IMG/VR virus record: IMGVR_UViG_3300032093_011758
Coordinates: 1-64,000 of that record
Reading direction: 5' to 3' (one strand)
Source: a virus
Length of the DNA: 64,000 nucleotides
Part shown: piece after piece, positions 46,327-56,336 of the stretch
Position numbering within the stretch: position 1 is the stretch's first letter
Layout of the letters: every line of letters starts with the position of its first letter
Translations under genes and position numbers: made by a program
The notes under the pieces: model-generated
What the model saw: only the letters and a program-made list of their open reading frames with translations
Told to the model about the DNA's origin: nothing
Databases searched by the model: none

Positions 46327-47052
46327 TTAATTTTTATATTTAAATTCTTTCATTTTTGAAAATTTATTGGAATAATTACCGGGACCGCCAGCAAAATGTA
46401 ATGCCGACCCATTATACTCTTTAAGATTGTATCCATTGTGACTTACCATGTTTGATAAATCTGTTTTATATAAATTGTTTCTAAAAAGATAGACATTAAA
46501 AAATGGTTGCTCTAAACATATATTTACCAATTGTTTATTTTGCAATAAAAAAGTTTCAATCTTTTCAAGATGATTCACAAGTTTTGAGTTGAATCCAAAA
46601 ATTCCGGCATTAATTCCTTTAATTTGTTTTTTTTCTATGATCAATTTTTCCTCAGTTGTTAATATTTTTCCTCCCCACCATTCTTCAGACATTAATGAAT
46701 TTTCATTACTTACATAAAAAAAATCTTCATTTATGTTATTAAAAATATTATCAGGTGAGGATGTCCAAACTATATCCGCATCACAAAAAATTATTTTATC
46801 ATAATCTTTTAAATTTGGGTATTTATAAATTTTTAATTTATTTGCACTAGATTCTAACAAACCCGAAGTTTCAATAGTTAGAAATAAAGGTTTTTTTTCA
46901 AATTCTAAACTATTCAAAAGTAATTCTTGTAAATTGGTGATGAAAAGTACGTCACCATCATACTTTTGATAATACAAACTTTCTAAACATATTTTGAGAA
47001 GGTTTATGTATTCGGGATTATTACTAATAGTGAAATATATTAATTTTCTCAT
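46327..47052 (-). CDS. GT-A glycosyltransferase (GT8-like)
   Basis: YDKIIFCDADI, INAGIF, EQPFFN, HFAGG. Confidence 0.78.
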   Translation of the reverse strand: MRKLIYFTISNNPEYINLLKICLESLYYQKYDGDVLFITNLQELLLNSLEFEKKPLFLTIETSGLLESSANKLKIYKYPNLKDYDKIIFCDADIVWTSSPDNIFNNINEDFFYVSNENSLMSEEWWGGKILTTEEKLIIEKKQIKGINAGIFGFNSKLVNHLEKIETFLLQNKQLVNICLEQPFFNVYLFRNNLYKTDLSNMVSHNGYNLKEYNGSALHFAGGPGNYSNKFSKMKEFKYKN

Positions 47053-47825
47053 TTTGAACTAATTATTTTATTTTTCCAAAATTCGCAATCCAACATTTTT
47101 TTATCAAAATGTTTTTTTTTAATTTCATTATACTTTTCGTTTATGAGTTCTTCATCATTCAGTTCGTTAATAGAATTCAAAATAATAATTGGAAACATTT
47201 TATACATTTCATAAATTTTGAAATTTCCGGTTTTAATTGTGATTGGTATGCGATCAGAGTATAAAACTTCCCACAACCTGTGTGTATCCACTCCATTTCC
47301 GGCGGGACACACGACCATTTCATAATCTAGAATTTTGTCAAAAAATTCTCTAAGTGATAAGTTGGGTCCCTCCCAATCAATGAATTTTGAAATTAAACAT
47401 TTCTGTTTTACTTCGTTTCTATGTGAATAATTAGTGTTTATCTGAAAATTTGAATAAATCTTTCTTTTTGGTTTTATATTTAATTTGCGATTAAGTAATA
47501 TTTCTTTTTCTAATACTCTTTCATGATATCCAATCCCATGACCATTTCTAAAACTCTCTATTTTATTTTCTATACCAAGAGGTATTGGTTCAACAATATT
47601 ATTATTACTTAATATATTTTGACCATACCATTTTTTTACATTTTTAGGTAATATTTTTAAATGTTGGTCTGTAATAGGGTAATCTGAATTACCAGTGATC
47701 AATATTATGTCATTATCCAAATTTGATATCGTGTCAAAATCACTTACTATAAAATCTGTTTTACAGAAAAAAATACGTTTCCCATCGTGGAGTTCTGAAA
47801 ATTTATTCAATTGTAAAAAATCCAT
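47049..47825 (-). CDS. exostosin/GT47-like glycosyltransferase
   Basis: NSD, PIPLG, CPAGNGVDTHRLWEVLY...IPI. Confidence 0.72.
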   Translation of the reverse strand: MDFLQLNKFSELHDGKRIFFCKTDFIVSDFDTISNLDNDIILITGNSDYPITDQHLKILPKNVKKWYGQNILSNNNIVEPIPLGIENKIESFRNGHGIGYHERVLEKEILLNRKLNIKPKRKIYSNFQINTNYSHRNEVKQKCLISKFIDWEGPNLSLREFFDKILDYEMVVCPAGNGVDTHRLWEVLYSDRIPITIKTGNFKIYEMYKMFPIIILNSINELNDEELINEKYNEIKKKHFDKKMLDCEFWKNKIISSK

Positions 47826-47827
47826 AA

Positions 47828-48421
47828 TTATTTTTTTTCAAAAATTGCAAACCCATTTCCTTCATGTGAATACTCAATCATTTGGTATGTGTCATCAATT
47901 TTTAACTCGTCAAATATTTTTTTTGTTTTGATTTCTCTGATATCATCTAAAATTACTGTATTAGTAATATCTTTTAGTTTCTGCCATTCCAAATAGGTTG
48001 AAAACTCACCGCCATCCAAGATTAATAAATCTATTTTTTTAGGTAGTTTTTCTAAAACAAATTCACACATATCCAAATTTTCCAAATCTTCCTTTAACCA
48101 AGTTTTTCTTGGTTCTTCTAATTGCATGTCAGATGTATAGTTTTCAACTTCATCTTTTGTTACAATTGATCCATTTAATAGTGTAAACTTATCTAAGAAA
48201 TTTAACAAATTTTTTTTAGCTATTTTGTAAAAATTAGGATTTGACTCCAATGAAAAGAACTTTGTATCTTCTTTTATATTTTCTAATATACAAGAAGTTG
48301 ACCCTAAACCATTCCAACATCCAATTTCTACTATAGTTTCGTAATTTTTTTGATTAATGGTTTTTATTAAAATTTTTCCTCTTTCAGTATTTGAATTAAT
48401 TTGACCCGGAGTATTAATCAT
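47828..48421 (-). CDS. SAM-dependent methyltransferase
   Basis: VEIGCWNGLGST, LILDGGEFST, LDD. Confidence 0.75.
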   Translation of the reverse strand: MINTPGQINSNTERGKILIKTINQKNYETIVEIGCWNGLGSTSCILENIKEDTKFFSLESNPNFYKIAKKNLLNFLDKFTLLNGSIVTKDEVENYTSDMQLEEPRKTWLKEDLENLDMCEFVLEKLPKKIDLLILDGGEFSTYLEWQKLKDITNTVILDDIREIKTKKIFDELKIDDTYQMIEYSHEGNGFAIFEKK

Positions 48422-49239
48422 TTTTTTAAATTTTTTAATTTAATTTTCAAATCTTGAATTGTGTCATTCAAGAGTTCCTTATAAGGATAAAAACAAGTAT
48501 CACTTTTTAAATAGTATTCTTTTTTGATTTCATATTCGTTGTATTTATTTTTGTTTTCTATCACAAAATCTTCATATGATAATTCAAAATTATCGTATAT
48601 ATCTCTAATGAAATCATTTACAAAAGTTAATCTACCTGATCCAATTATTGTGTGTTCCGATTGTTCAATTGATTTTTTCACTACAAATTTGGGGTGTATT
48701 AAATCTCTGTAAAAATAGGTATCACCTATGTCAATTTTGTTTTTGTTTATTATTGAGTTAAACACTTTACCGAAAAGAAAATTATTATCTCTATAGATGG
48801 AATTGAAGTTAAAGGGGAATAAAATTACTACGTTTTTGAATTCTTCCTTATTTTTTATTATATAGTCATATATTCTATATTTTGAATTTAAATAGGGTGT
48901 TTCGTAAAAATTTGGTTTCATAGATAAATCTATCCTACCGTCATATTTGTTCCATAGTTCACAAGTTGAATATATTACTATTTTGTTTGATATTGATTTG
49001 AATTTATTTATAATGTCTAAAGTTAAATGAAAATTGACTTGATCGTAAATTTCTATATTTTCAATATATTTTCTTGACTCTCCTAAACATATAAAAACAT
49101 TATTCCAATTGTTTTTAGTATATATTTTTTCTTCTATGTTCCTTGATGAAACTTTTACATATTCGTTGGGGAAGTAATAGGATAACTGTGAGGTGTTCCC
49201 TATTACAATATTCCTAAACGTTTGGTTTGAGTTTTTCAT
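48418..49239 (-). CDS. degenerate NAD-dependent epimerase/dehydratase-like protein
   Basis: VIGNTSQL, YST, YLNSK (YxxxK), FN, YRDLIH. Confidence 0.6.
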   Translation of the reverse strand: MKNSNQTFRNIVIGNTSQLSYYFPNEYVKVSSRNIEEKIYTKNNWNNVFICLGESRKYIENIEIYDQVNFHLTLDIINKFKSISNKIVIYSTCELWNKYDGRIDLSMKPNFYETPYLNSKYRIYDYIIKNKEEFKNVVILFPFNFNSIYRDNNFLFGKVFNSIINKNKIDIGDTYFYRDLIHPKFVVKKSIEQSEHTIIGSGRLTFVNDFIRDIYDNFELSYEDFVIENKNKYNEYEIKKEYYLKSDTCFYPYKELLNDTIQDLKIKLKNLKK

Positions 49240-49579
49240 ATCCCATTTTTTTTTCGTTTAGAACAGAAGAAAAAAACTTTTTTTGTAAACTTTCTTTGCT
49301 TATCATTCTTTGATAGTTACATTTGTCCACATAACTGGCTAAAACATCATCAGTTTTTGCTTTGTCGACGGCTTCAAAGGTTAAATTGTTGGATTCAGTT
49401 AAATCAGAATATTCTTTTGAATGAATTATTTCTTCAAATTTCTGATGTCCTATTTGTTCAATCAATTCATTTTTGATTTTTTCCTGATATTCTGAAACAT
49501 CTGACCCTTTTTGTTTTTTTAACTCTAAAATTGACAAGAAATCAAACGCATAAGCTTCATCTACACTTATTTTTAACAT
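49214..49579 (-). CDS. hypothetical protein associated with glycosylation loci
   Basis: ISVDEAYAFDFLSILELK...N..R. Confidence 0.6.
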   Translation of the reverse strand: MLKISVDEAYAFDFLSILELKKQKGSDVSEYQEKIKNELIEQIGHQKFEEIIHSKEYSDLTESNNLTFEAVDKAKTDDVLASYVDKCNYQRMISKESLQKKFFSSVLNEKKMGYEKLKPNV

Positions 49580-49582
49580 AAA

Positions 49583-50236
49583 TTAATATATAATTTTGAA
49601 TTTATTTAACCCTACTGAATTCAAATACGGACTATAATTTCTCACATATTGGTGGTAATAGAAGGTGGGGTTATCCATTTTATAACTGTTTACTAAACAT
49701 TTTATACTTGATTCCATTAAATGGACTTCTTCGGCATTTTCTATTAATGTTATCAAATTAAATATATTATATTTTTTAGGATTTTCAATTATTTTTATAT
49801 CTTTTCTTACTTTATTTAGATCTACATTATGTGTAAAGATATACTTTTCTTTTTGTGGGTTAAGATCTTCAACAATTTTTTTTTCTAACTCATAATCTCT
49901 TTCTAAATAAAATTCATCGTATCTCATAGAGAAAGGGAGAGATTTACCAACATAAAAAGATTCATCAAATGTTTGACCCCCGGTCATGAATTCAAAACCT
50001 ACTCGTATTACATCTTTTTGAATGTTTTTTTCTTTTATAAATTTTTCTACATCTTTATCCTCACCAATATTCAATATTTTTATATTATCATTATCTCGAT
50101 ACATGTATTCCACATTTTCAAAGTTGTGTGGTTTGCAGAAAATTGAAATATTATCATATACTTTTTGAAAGTGTCTTGAAAGTCCATTGCATATTATGTG
50201 ATCACCTAGACCTAAATGATGATAGATGTATTTCAT
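49583..50236 (-). CDS. putative GT-B-type glycosyltransferase
   Basis: HHLGLGDHII N-terminal motif, IENAEEVHLMESS. Confidence 0.55.
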   Translation of the reverse strand: MKYIYHHLGLGDHIICNGLSRHFQKVYDNISIFCKPHNFENVEYMYRDNDNIKILNIGEDKDVEKFIKEKNIQKDVIRVGFEFMTGGQTFDESFYVGKSLPFSMRYDEFYLERDYELEKKIVEDLNPQKEKYIFTHNVDLNKVRKDIKIIENPKKYNIFNLITLIENAEEVHLMESSIKCLVNSYKMDNPTFYYHQYVRNYSPYLNSVGLNKFKIIY

Positions 50237-50922
50237 TTTGAAAAATTTTTGTAAACTGACTCCATTTCATATGATTTTATATAATGAAATGTAAGTGGTT
50301 TATCAATTAACTTAGAATAAAATGAAGGTGATTGAGAATACATACCATCACCATGAGTCAATTTCAGATTTAAAAATTTTTTTACCATATAGCTTATCGC
50401 AATATCACCACATGCGTAGCATGATTCCACAAGTTTTCCATTGATATACATATCTAACCACTCTTTATTGAATTGATCTATGAAAGGATATATTTTTTTC
50501 ATTGCTGAATTACTCAAAAAAAACCCTGCACCCCCAGCAAAAACCTCAAAATCTAAACCATCTAATTTTTCAAATCTGTTATATGTTTCACAAAATATGG
50601 TGTCAATACTAGAATCTTGTTCTCGTAAAAAAGAACTGATACTATCTTTAAAAAGCACGTGGTCACAACCTACAACACAATACCAATCATCTTCAGGATT
50701 TTTTTCATACATGAATTTTAATGCATATTGTTGTTTAGGAAAAAAACTATTATAATCTTCATTCGCATCAGGAACCCGTATCAGATTAGTATTTTCAACA
50801 TTATTACCACCAAAATAATATATGTGGTCAAAATCTTTTCCCCATGAATTTTGGCATGAGGTATATCTATCTTTTAAATTTATTGATGTTACAACACCAA
50901 TTGATACTATACTTTTTGTCAT
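50233..50922 (-). CDS. Fringe/GT31-like glycosyltransferase
   Basis: SW, DWY.VVGCD, FAGGAGFFLS, GDIAIS, PLTFHY. Confidence 0.75.
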   Translation of the reverse strand: MTKSIVSIGVVTSINLKDRYTSCQNSWGKDFDHIYYFGGNNVENTNLIRVPDANEDYNSFFPKQQYALKFMYEKNPEDDWYCVVGCDHVLFKDSISSFLREQDSSIDTIFCETYNRFEKLDGLDFEVFAGGAGFFLSNSAMKKIYPFIDQFNKEWLDMYINGKLVESCYACGDIAISYMVKKFLNLKLTHGDGMYSQSPSFYSKLIDKPLTFHYIKSYEMESVYKNFSK

Positions 50923-51662
50923 AAATAGTTTTTAAAGTAATTTTTTATTATTTTATTTTTATAATCAGATTCTGCTGTGAAAGAAAAACATCTATTATGT
51001 TTTTCTAAAATAGGTTTTAGTACAGGATAAAGACATACTGCCTGATGTCTTACCATACCCACCCAAAATTCGGCAAAAAATCTATCAGGTGAAGTTGTTT
51101 TTAACAAATATTCAGATATACTTGGTAACGAAGATAAGAATTCAGATTTTGACCACCAAAAATTTCCTGAAAAGTGGGCTGTGGATCCAGGTACTGATCC
51201 GGAAGGTATATAGTTACATCCAACAATATCGTAGTTTTTTAATTCTTCAATACAAATATTATAGTGATCTATACAAAAATGTTCCATGATGTTTCTCCAA
51301 TTTTCTACATTTTTGTACGAATAATTACCGTAATCTTGATCTAAGATTCTTGTTGCACCTTTCGTGTGAAAATACAAGTAATATTGATCATTATTTTTAA
51401 TCGCGTGTTTTTGTAGTAAATCTAATGTAGATAACTCATATAAATTACTTGGAGAAAATGTAATATTTCTTGTAATAGATTCAAATAGGTTCAAAATTGT
51501 TTCAGAAGGTTTTATAGAATTTTCTTCTAGCGCAAAATTTATATAAAAATCAATATTTTCTATTTTTTCTTCTAAGAATTTGATCTTAGAAAATTGATCA
51601 ATTATTATTGATTCTGAATTTTTTTTCCAAAAAACATGATAAAAAACATTAATTTTATTCAT
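50919..51662 (-). CDS. putative glycosyltransferase
   Basis: YELSTL, YLYFHTKG, HFSGNFWW, RFFAEFW. Confidence 0.55.
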   Translation of the reverse strand: MNKINVFYHVFWKKNSESIIIDQFSKIKFLEEKIENIDFYINFALEENSIKPSETILNLFESITRNITFSPSNLYELSTLDLLQKHAIKNNDQYYLYFHTKGATRILDQDYGNYSYKNVENWRNIMEHFCIDHYNICIEELKNYDIVGCNYIPSGSVPGSTAHFSGNFWWSKSEFLSSLPSISEYLLKTTSPDRFFAEFWVGMVRHQAVCLYPVLKPILEKHNRCFSFTAESDYKNKIIKNYFKNYL

Positions 51663-52324
51663 TATATACTAACCCTTAAATAATCATATCCGATTGGTTT
51701 ATCATTTTCGTCTAATCTATCACCAACGAATCTCCCAATTTCTCTTGATATTGGGAATGGTTTTTTTTCAAAAAACTCGTCATGGGTGCATCTATCATTT
51801 TCAAAGATAGAATAAATAGTTTTAAGAAATGCTTGGTCATTTCCATAAATGTTTTGTTTGGTAAGTTGGGATTTATAGATCATATCTTTAAGAGGAACTA
51901 CTCCCGATTTTATTCCCCACATACCGCCTAAAATACCTAATGAATCATTTCCATAAGGGATTCTATGTGCCGGATGGTCTCTCATTACATGTAAAGATTT
52001 ACCGGAACTAATCCATTCATCAACCGCCAACTTTTCCCTCAAAGTTATTCTTGAATCTGCATCTCTGAAAATTGCATATTCTGAATATGGTAAACTTTCA
52101 GCCAAGAAACGCCAAAACATTCCGTACAAATTTTCATTCGTAACATCAATGACTTCTACATTTAATTCTTTTAAACTTTGTATTGTAAGATCCGGAACGG
52201 AGTTGTCATAATAAACAACCATTTGCCAATCAGGATAAATTTGTTTCCAAAGTTCGGCGTTTCTAATTGCACCAATATTATATACTGGTTTATCACCCCA
52301 TAAACTAAAACTTAGATACTTCAT
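51662..52324 (-). CDS. putative GT-A glycosyltransferase
   Basis: SFSLWG, MFWRF, RDADSR, HVMRDHP, GGMWG, DQAFL. Confidence 0.65.
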   Translation of the reverse strand: MKYLSFSLWGDKPVYNIGAIRNAELWKQIYPDWQMVVYYDNSVPDLTIQSLKELNVEVIDVTNENLYGMFWRFLAESLPYSEYAIFRDADSRITLREKLAVDEWISSGKSLHVMRDHPAHRIPYGNDSLGILGGMWGIKSGVVPLKDMIYKSQLTKQNIYGNDQAFLKTIYSIFENDRCTHDEFFEKKPFPISREIGRFVGDRLDENDKPIGYDYLRVSI

Positions 52325-53745
52325 AGATTTTCAACTAATTTTTTCATTCCAGTTTCAAAATCCATTTTATGAGGTTGGGTTTCGTGTGAATTCATTTGAA
52401 GGTGTTGTATTAATCCTCTTGTTAATGCAACTTTTTTACTCTTAAGAAGATAGAAAAAAGATATCGCCCTTTCAAAAGAATGTCCACAATACGTGTCTTC
52501 TTTTATAAAATCTATAAGTGGGTCAAACCAACTCATAAACTCATCAAAAATCTCACTCTTCATTGTGATATTACTTGTGCTTGACCACAACAAATTAGGG
52601 TTATTTCTAATTGTTGCTGTCAAAGTTTTTTCAAAATCAATTTTATATACTGATTTTATACCTTCAAATAATTTATCAACTAACTTTCTTTCTCTTATGT
52701 ATTGGCTATGATTTGCGGGGAATGGTATATATCCAACCATCTCCCAATTTTCATAAAAGAATTTACTCTGAGATTGAGGGACGTTTTCGGCTAAAATGAT
52801 ATCATATTCAAATAAGTTTACGTATCTCTTAGTTATTAATTTATTCTTCCACAAAAGATACCATCCTGTAAATGCGGTAAATAATGGGTACTTTTCTAAA
52901 TTATTTTCAAAGTTTCTTGCTACAATTACATTTGGCAAAGATTCAACTTTATCTATGTCTCTATTACCCAAAAATACGTATTTGTAGTTTTTGAAATTTT
53001 TGAATTTTCCTTTTTCCTCAAAGTCCAAAACTATCCTTTGATCATGGACAAAAATAAATGTCTCACAATCATCTTCAATTTTTGTTATATCCATTGGTAA
53101 ATTATTTTTATATTTTTCTGCGAATTCAATTCTATTTGATTCCCATTGTTGATTTGTTTGACCAATAGATAAATGAGTGACTCTGTTATTGAAAGTAACT
53201 CCTACTTTTACACCATCTATAAAATTAGGTAAACAAAATCCTAAATCGTAAAAGTGAAATCCATCAATAGATTCATCAAACTTATGTTTTATTTTTGTTT
53301 TATCAAATGCGATGAATAACCCATCAACTATGACAGTTTCTTCAATTTTATCATTTAGATTTTGAGAGTAAGTTGATGTCCATTTTTTTCCTTCATGTTT
53401 GTGATTAACAATACCATACATTGTTTGTGGTACTTTCCACCATTGTCCGGATTTGTCTAAAAATTTAGTTCCTGCTAAACCAAGAATACCATACTCAGGA
53501 TTTTTTTCAAAACTCCTCAACAATTTATCCCCCCAGTTTTTTGTGTCAAATTCTAAATCATCATGACACAATACAATAATATCATGATTTGATTCTTCAA
53601 TTATTTCATTGTAAACCTGAGATAACGATTTTTCTCCATTGTTTATCTTTTCAATAATTTGAACTTCTTTATACATACATGTCTTTTGTAAGTAATCCTT
53701 GTATGTCGGGTTTGAATTTCTTGTACTATATCCTATCGTTATCAT
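52321..53745 (-). CDS. two-domain glycosyltransferase (GT2-like N-terminal domain)
   Basis: SLSQVYN, LCHDD, VDGLFIA, FHFYD; second domain with FEYD and HSFER. Confidence 0.75.
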   Translation of the reverse strand: MITIGYSTRNSNPTYKDYLQKTCMYKEVQIIEKINNGEKSLSQVYNEIIEESNHDIIVLCHDDLEFDTKNWGDKLLRSFEKNPEYGILGLAGTKFLDKSGQWWKVPQTMYGIVNHKHEGKKWTSTYSQNLNDKIEETVIVDGLFIAFDKTKIKHKFDESIDGFHFYDLGFCLPNFIDGVKVGVTFNNRVTHLSIGQTNQQWESNRIEFAEKYKNNLPMDITKIEDDCETFIFVHDQRIVLDFEEKGKFKNFKNYKYVFLGNRDIDKVESLPNVIVARNFENNLEKYPLFTAFTGWYLLWKNKLITKRYVNLFEYDIILAENVPQSQSKFFYENWEMVGYIPFPANHSQYIRERKLVDKLFEGIKSVYKIDFEKTLTATIRNNPNLLWSSTSNITMKSEIFDEFMSWFDPLIDFIKEDTYCGHSFERAISFFYLLKSKKVALTRGLIQHLQMNSHETQPHKMDFETGMKKLVENL

Positions 53746-53757
53746 AATTTAACATTT

Positions 53758-54327
53758 TTAAATCCCTGTTGATCCGAATCCATTTTCATCTCTATCTTTT
53801 TTATCAACCGATTCAACTCTCGTTAGTGTTACCCAATCACCATTAATTACGGGGCTTAATACGGCTTGAGCAATTTTCATACCCTTATGAATTTTAATTT
53901 TTTCTTTTGAGGTGTTGAATAAAATTACTTTGATTTCCCCATTATATCCTGAATCTACAGTACCTGGAGTGTTTAATACAGTTAACCCTAAGTTCAAGGC
54001 TAAACCACTTTTTGGTCTTATTTGAATTTCTGTACCATCAGGAATATTAAATTTCAACCCTGTAGGAACTAACAATCTTCCAAAAGGTTCTATTTCTCCA
54101 TCAATTATTGAATATAAATCAAAGCCCGAGTCTGAAGGGTAGTTATATCCCGGTTCTACAGCATCTTCATTTGTCACCTCATACTTTACATCTCTTGTGG
54201 GATGATAATTATCAAATTGTTCTTCTAAATATTTTAAATCCAAACCGATATTTTTCATAATATCGTTAATTTTATCTTCTGAAAAATCATCATCTTCAAA
54301 AAATTTTGAAATGTCTTCGTTGATCAT
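53758..54327 (-). CDS. dut: dUTPase (trimeric)
   Basis: SGFDL, RPKSGLA, GTVDSGYNGE, KIAQ, RDENGFGSTG. Confidence 0.95.
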   Translation of the reverse strand: MINEDISKFFEDDDFSEDKINDIMKNIGLDLKYLEEQFDNYHPTRDVKYEVTNEDAVEPGYNYPSDSGFDLYSIIDGEIEPFGRLLVPTGLKFNIPDGTEIQIRPKSGLALNLGLTVLNTPGTVDSGYNGEIKVILFNTSKEKIKIHKGMKIAQAVLSPVINGDWVTLTRVESVDKKDRDENGFGSTGI

Positions 54328-54328
54328 G

Positions 54329-55030
54329 TTACTCTAAATTTTTTAATTTTTTTATTATGTGTATTAATACTTCAACATCTTTTTCGCAGTATTCTGTAAT
54401 TTCTTTTAATTTGTTTTCTTCCCAATATGCGTGATGTACTTTATCTCCGGTTACCTCACCATCTTTTGGTGTTGGTATATCCATAGTTGTACATAAAAGA
54501 TCTAATGAACCTATTGAGGTGTAAGCTCCGTATTGCCAAATTTCTTTTGTGTCTATCGCTTTGATCTCCCAAGGTTTTGTATCATATGATGGAAGAATAG
54601 AAGGAGGCATAAGTCCATTTATAATCATACGTTTCGCCAGCATCGGTATGTCAAAGTTCTTTAAATTATGCCCGCAAAGATAAAAATCTAACTTACCACA
54701 TCTATCTAAAAGTTTCTGACAATCTTTTAGAAGTTGCTTTTCATCATCACCTGAAAATGTTTGTTTTTTTATTTCATCTTTATCTGTGACAAATGCAACA
54801 CTTACACATACAATTTTTGCAAATTCAGGAACAAGAGCCGCTCTTTTTAAGAAAACCTGATCTAATGATAACGTATCATCTTCAGGAAATCTTTTCCTGA
54901 ACCAATCAATGTACTTAATATACTGATCTGCAACCTTTGGGTTAGATGTTCTACAATCTTCATACGACTTACATCCACCGACAGTTTCAATATCAAGAAA
55001 CAAAATTTTTGTTAAAGGAATCTTAATCAT
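54329..55030 (-). CDS. 3'-5' exonuclease (PolB-exonuclease-like, DEDDy)
   Basis: FLDIET, GHNLKNFD, YCEKDV. Confidence 0.88.
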   Translation of the reverse strand: MIKIPLTKILFLDIETVGGCKSYEDCRTSNPKVADQYIKYIDWFRKRFPEDDTLSLDQVFLKRAALVPEFAKIVCVSVAFVTDKDEIKKQTFSGDDEKQLLKDCQKLLDRCGKLDFYLCGHNLKNFDIPMLAKRMIINGLMPPSILPSYDTKPWEIKAIDTKEIWQYGAYTSIGSLDLLCTTMDIPTPKDGEVTGDKVHHAYWEENKLKEITEYCEKDVEVLIHIIKKLKNLE

Positions 55031-55035
55031 TTATT

Positions 55036-56250
55036 TTATTTTACAAGTGAACGATACCATTCCGCTCTATCTTTGGTTACTTTGTTAAGATCGTATGTGT
55101 CTTTAACTGTTTCATATAATCTTTCTCCCATATCAGTAATTAAGTTTGGATTCTTAACTAATTTCTCAATATACTTAGCCCAATCAGAGTGATTTCTGTT
55201 TTCATCAACTAATAAAGCGTTTCCATCCACAAAATTACCATTTTTTAAGCAATGTGTCAAATCTATTGTGTAAGGACCCACATTAGACGCTATGAGGGCC
55301 TTTTTATAAAATCCCGCTTCAATAACCTTCAGTTGAGATTTCATTCGGTTGAATATGTGATTTTTGATCGGAGCTAAAGATATGTCAAATTTTGAATAAT
55401 TTTTAGCGTAAGAAGTGACAGGTCTTGTCCAAACCCTTGAATAGTTTAAATTTTCAACACCCGGATATTCTTCCTCTTTGAATTTTTTCAGGAATTTTAT
55501 GTAGTCTTCAGGTAATCCATAATAATTATCTGTTACGATTTGTTCATATGTGGCCCAAACTGTTTCTTCAGGTTTGATTGGTCTTTGTTTTTGTTCTCCG
55601 GTTTTTTGATTTATCTCTGTAATTGTACCCCGAGTATCAAAACCACATAAAACCATTTGTAGTTTGTCTCTCATAGAACTTATTTTTGACATTGAAGGAA
55701 TCATAAGTTCCAAATCGTGCAGATGAGAAGAACCTCCTAACCAGCCGATTCTGATTCTTTCATTTTCTGGTGTTGGTTCTTTAAACTGAGGTTCGTCCGG
55801 ATTGATTGCATTAGGAAAAATAAAAACATTTTTATTGAACTTAGAAATCTCATCTGCAAACAAAGATGTTGTAGTCGTTACAAACTCTGAGTTTTTAAGA
55901 TTATTGACGATCTTTTCATTTATTTTATTGATTCTAATGATGTCGTGAATTGGATGTTCTTTGGTTGGAAGCCAATAATCATCAATATCCACGATAGCCT
56001 TAATACCTTGGTTTTTTAACCAATTGAGAATTTGAGGGGTGTTTTCATAAATATGTCCGATATTTCTGTGAATATGTACAATTTGGTAATTTTTCCAATA
56101 ATTAGGATCATTCAATTTAGGTTCATAATCAATATCAACATGAAATTCATCGGGATACATGTTTTGTAGGAAAATGTGAGGATCAACAGATCTGAACTTC
56201 CCAACACCTGTTTTATCGGATGGGAGAACTAAAACATTAATTTTTGTCAT
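55036..56250 (-). CDS. GT-B (family 4-like) glycosyltransferase
   Basis: VDIDDYW, IGWLGGSSH..DL, FN..KSQLKVIEAG, ASNVGPY. Confidence 0.8.
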   Translation of the reverse strand: MTKINVLVLPSDKTGVGKFRSVDPHIFLQNMYPDEFHVDIDYEPKLNDPNYWKNYQIVHIHRNIGHIYENTPQILNWLKNQGIKAIVDIDDYWLPTKEHPIHDIIRINKINEKIVNNLKNSEFVTTTTSLFADEISKFNKNVFIFPNAINPDEPQFKEPTPENERIRIGWLGGSSHLHDLELMIPSMSKISSMRDKLQMVLCGFDTRGTITEINQKTGEQKQRPIKPEETVWATYEQIVTDNYYGLPEDYIKFLKKFKEEEYPGVENLNYSRVWTRPVTSYAKNYSKFDISLAPIKNHIFNRMKSQLKVIEAGFYKKALIASNVGPYTIDLTHCLKNGNFVDGNALLVDENRNHSDWAKYIEKLVKNPNLITDMGERLYETVKDTYDLNKVTKDRAEWYRSLVK

Positions 56251-56336
56251 TACTTTTTAAAGAAGAATAACAAAAATTAGATTATAAAGAAAGAATTATG
56301 CTACTTTTTTTATTTAAATAAATAGACAAAATAAAA

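Noticed and set aside
41012-56250. Bacterial O-antigen/capsule locus (host contamination or prophage boundary)
   Set aside because: Interleaved with phage-type sigma, phoH, dut and exonuclease genes, no wzx/wzy/ABC exporter, and flanked by virion genes
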